DNA of 58,039 bases from an uncultured Propionibacterium sp. (lineage in GTDB: Bacteria > Actinomycetota > Actinomycetes > Propionibacteriales > Propionibacteriaceae), in the NCBI GenBank assembly GCA_964293265.1, contig CAXYYR010000001.1, forward strand, positions 1 to 58,039. The letters run 5' to 3'. Position numbers and translations under genes: made by a program. Of the stretch, positions 57,986 to 58,039 are shown piece by piece. The notes below the pieces were generated by a model that saw only the letters and a list, made by a program, of their open reading frames with translations, did no database searches and was not told the origin of the DNA. Position 1 is the stretch's first letter. Every line of letters begins with the position of its first letter.

Positions 57986-58039
57986 TTAGCGGGCGTAGTA
58001 GTAGCGGGTGCGTGCACCGATAGCGGCGGGTGCTTTGGT
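57986..58039 (-). CDS. 3' end of a gene entering from outside the window
   Basis: Frame TKAPAAIGARTRYYYAR-stop is open to the edge; only 18 codons visible. Confidence 0.35.
   Translation of the reverse strand, partial: TKAPAAIGARTRYYYAR

Larger units (their letters stand above)
37844..58039. mobile_element. Integrative conjugative element (MOBP relaxase, actinobacterial T4SS); extends beyond the window
   Basis: att fragment, then cell-wall hydrolase, VirB6/VirB4/VirD4-like genes, relaxase, MobC, oriT and ssb. Integrase not in the window. Confidence 0.88.

Noticed and set aside
57986-58030. Repeated TAGCGG as single-strand-origin motifs
   Set aside because: Explained by an open minus-strand reading frame, and too close to the window edge to assess.

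Overview
High-GC actinobacterial chromosome segment, Propionibacteriaceae-like judging by gene content and protein style. Positions 1-31076 are core genome: a minus-strand nuoA-N complex I operon (nuoN truncated by the window edge), menaquinone genes (menJ-like reductase, an apparently catalytically degenerate MenF-like protein, menG/ubiE, menA), an ABC pair, a TM0106/RecB-like nuclease, a CDF transporter, a patatin, two PRC-barrel proteins and transaldolase. From about 31077 the DNA is accessory. The first part (about 31.1-37.8 kb) is a decaying island. It carries a VETG-tailed InlB-repeat surface protein, a frameshifted L,D-transpeptidase copy, an Rv2016/Rv2017-like toxin plus XRE-ImmA pair, a DUF4190-like protein, and a small ImmA/IrrE peptidase whose leaderless promoter has both a PafBC (RecA-NDp) motif and a LexA box. 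Next comes a tRNA 3'-half att core with tandem arm-type repeats (37764-37881). Beyond it lies a conjugative element running off the window. It encodes an L,D-transpeptidase, a thioester/isopeptide adhesin with a VNTG tail, a class F sortase, a Gram-positive T4SS cluster, a coupling protein, a MOBP relaxase and MobC. It also has a recognisable oriT and a leading region with ssb. No integrase is visible in the window. All family assignments come from motif reading and recall, not database searches.
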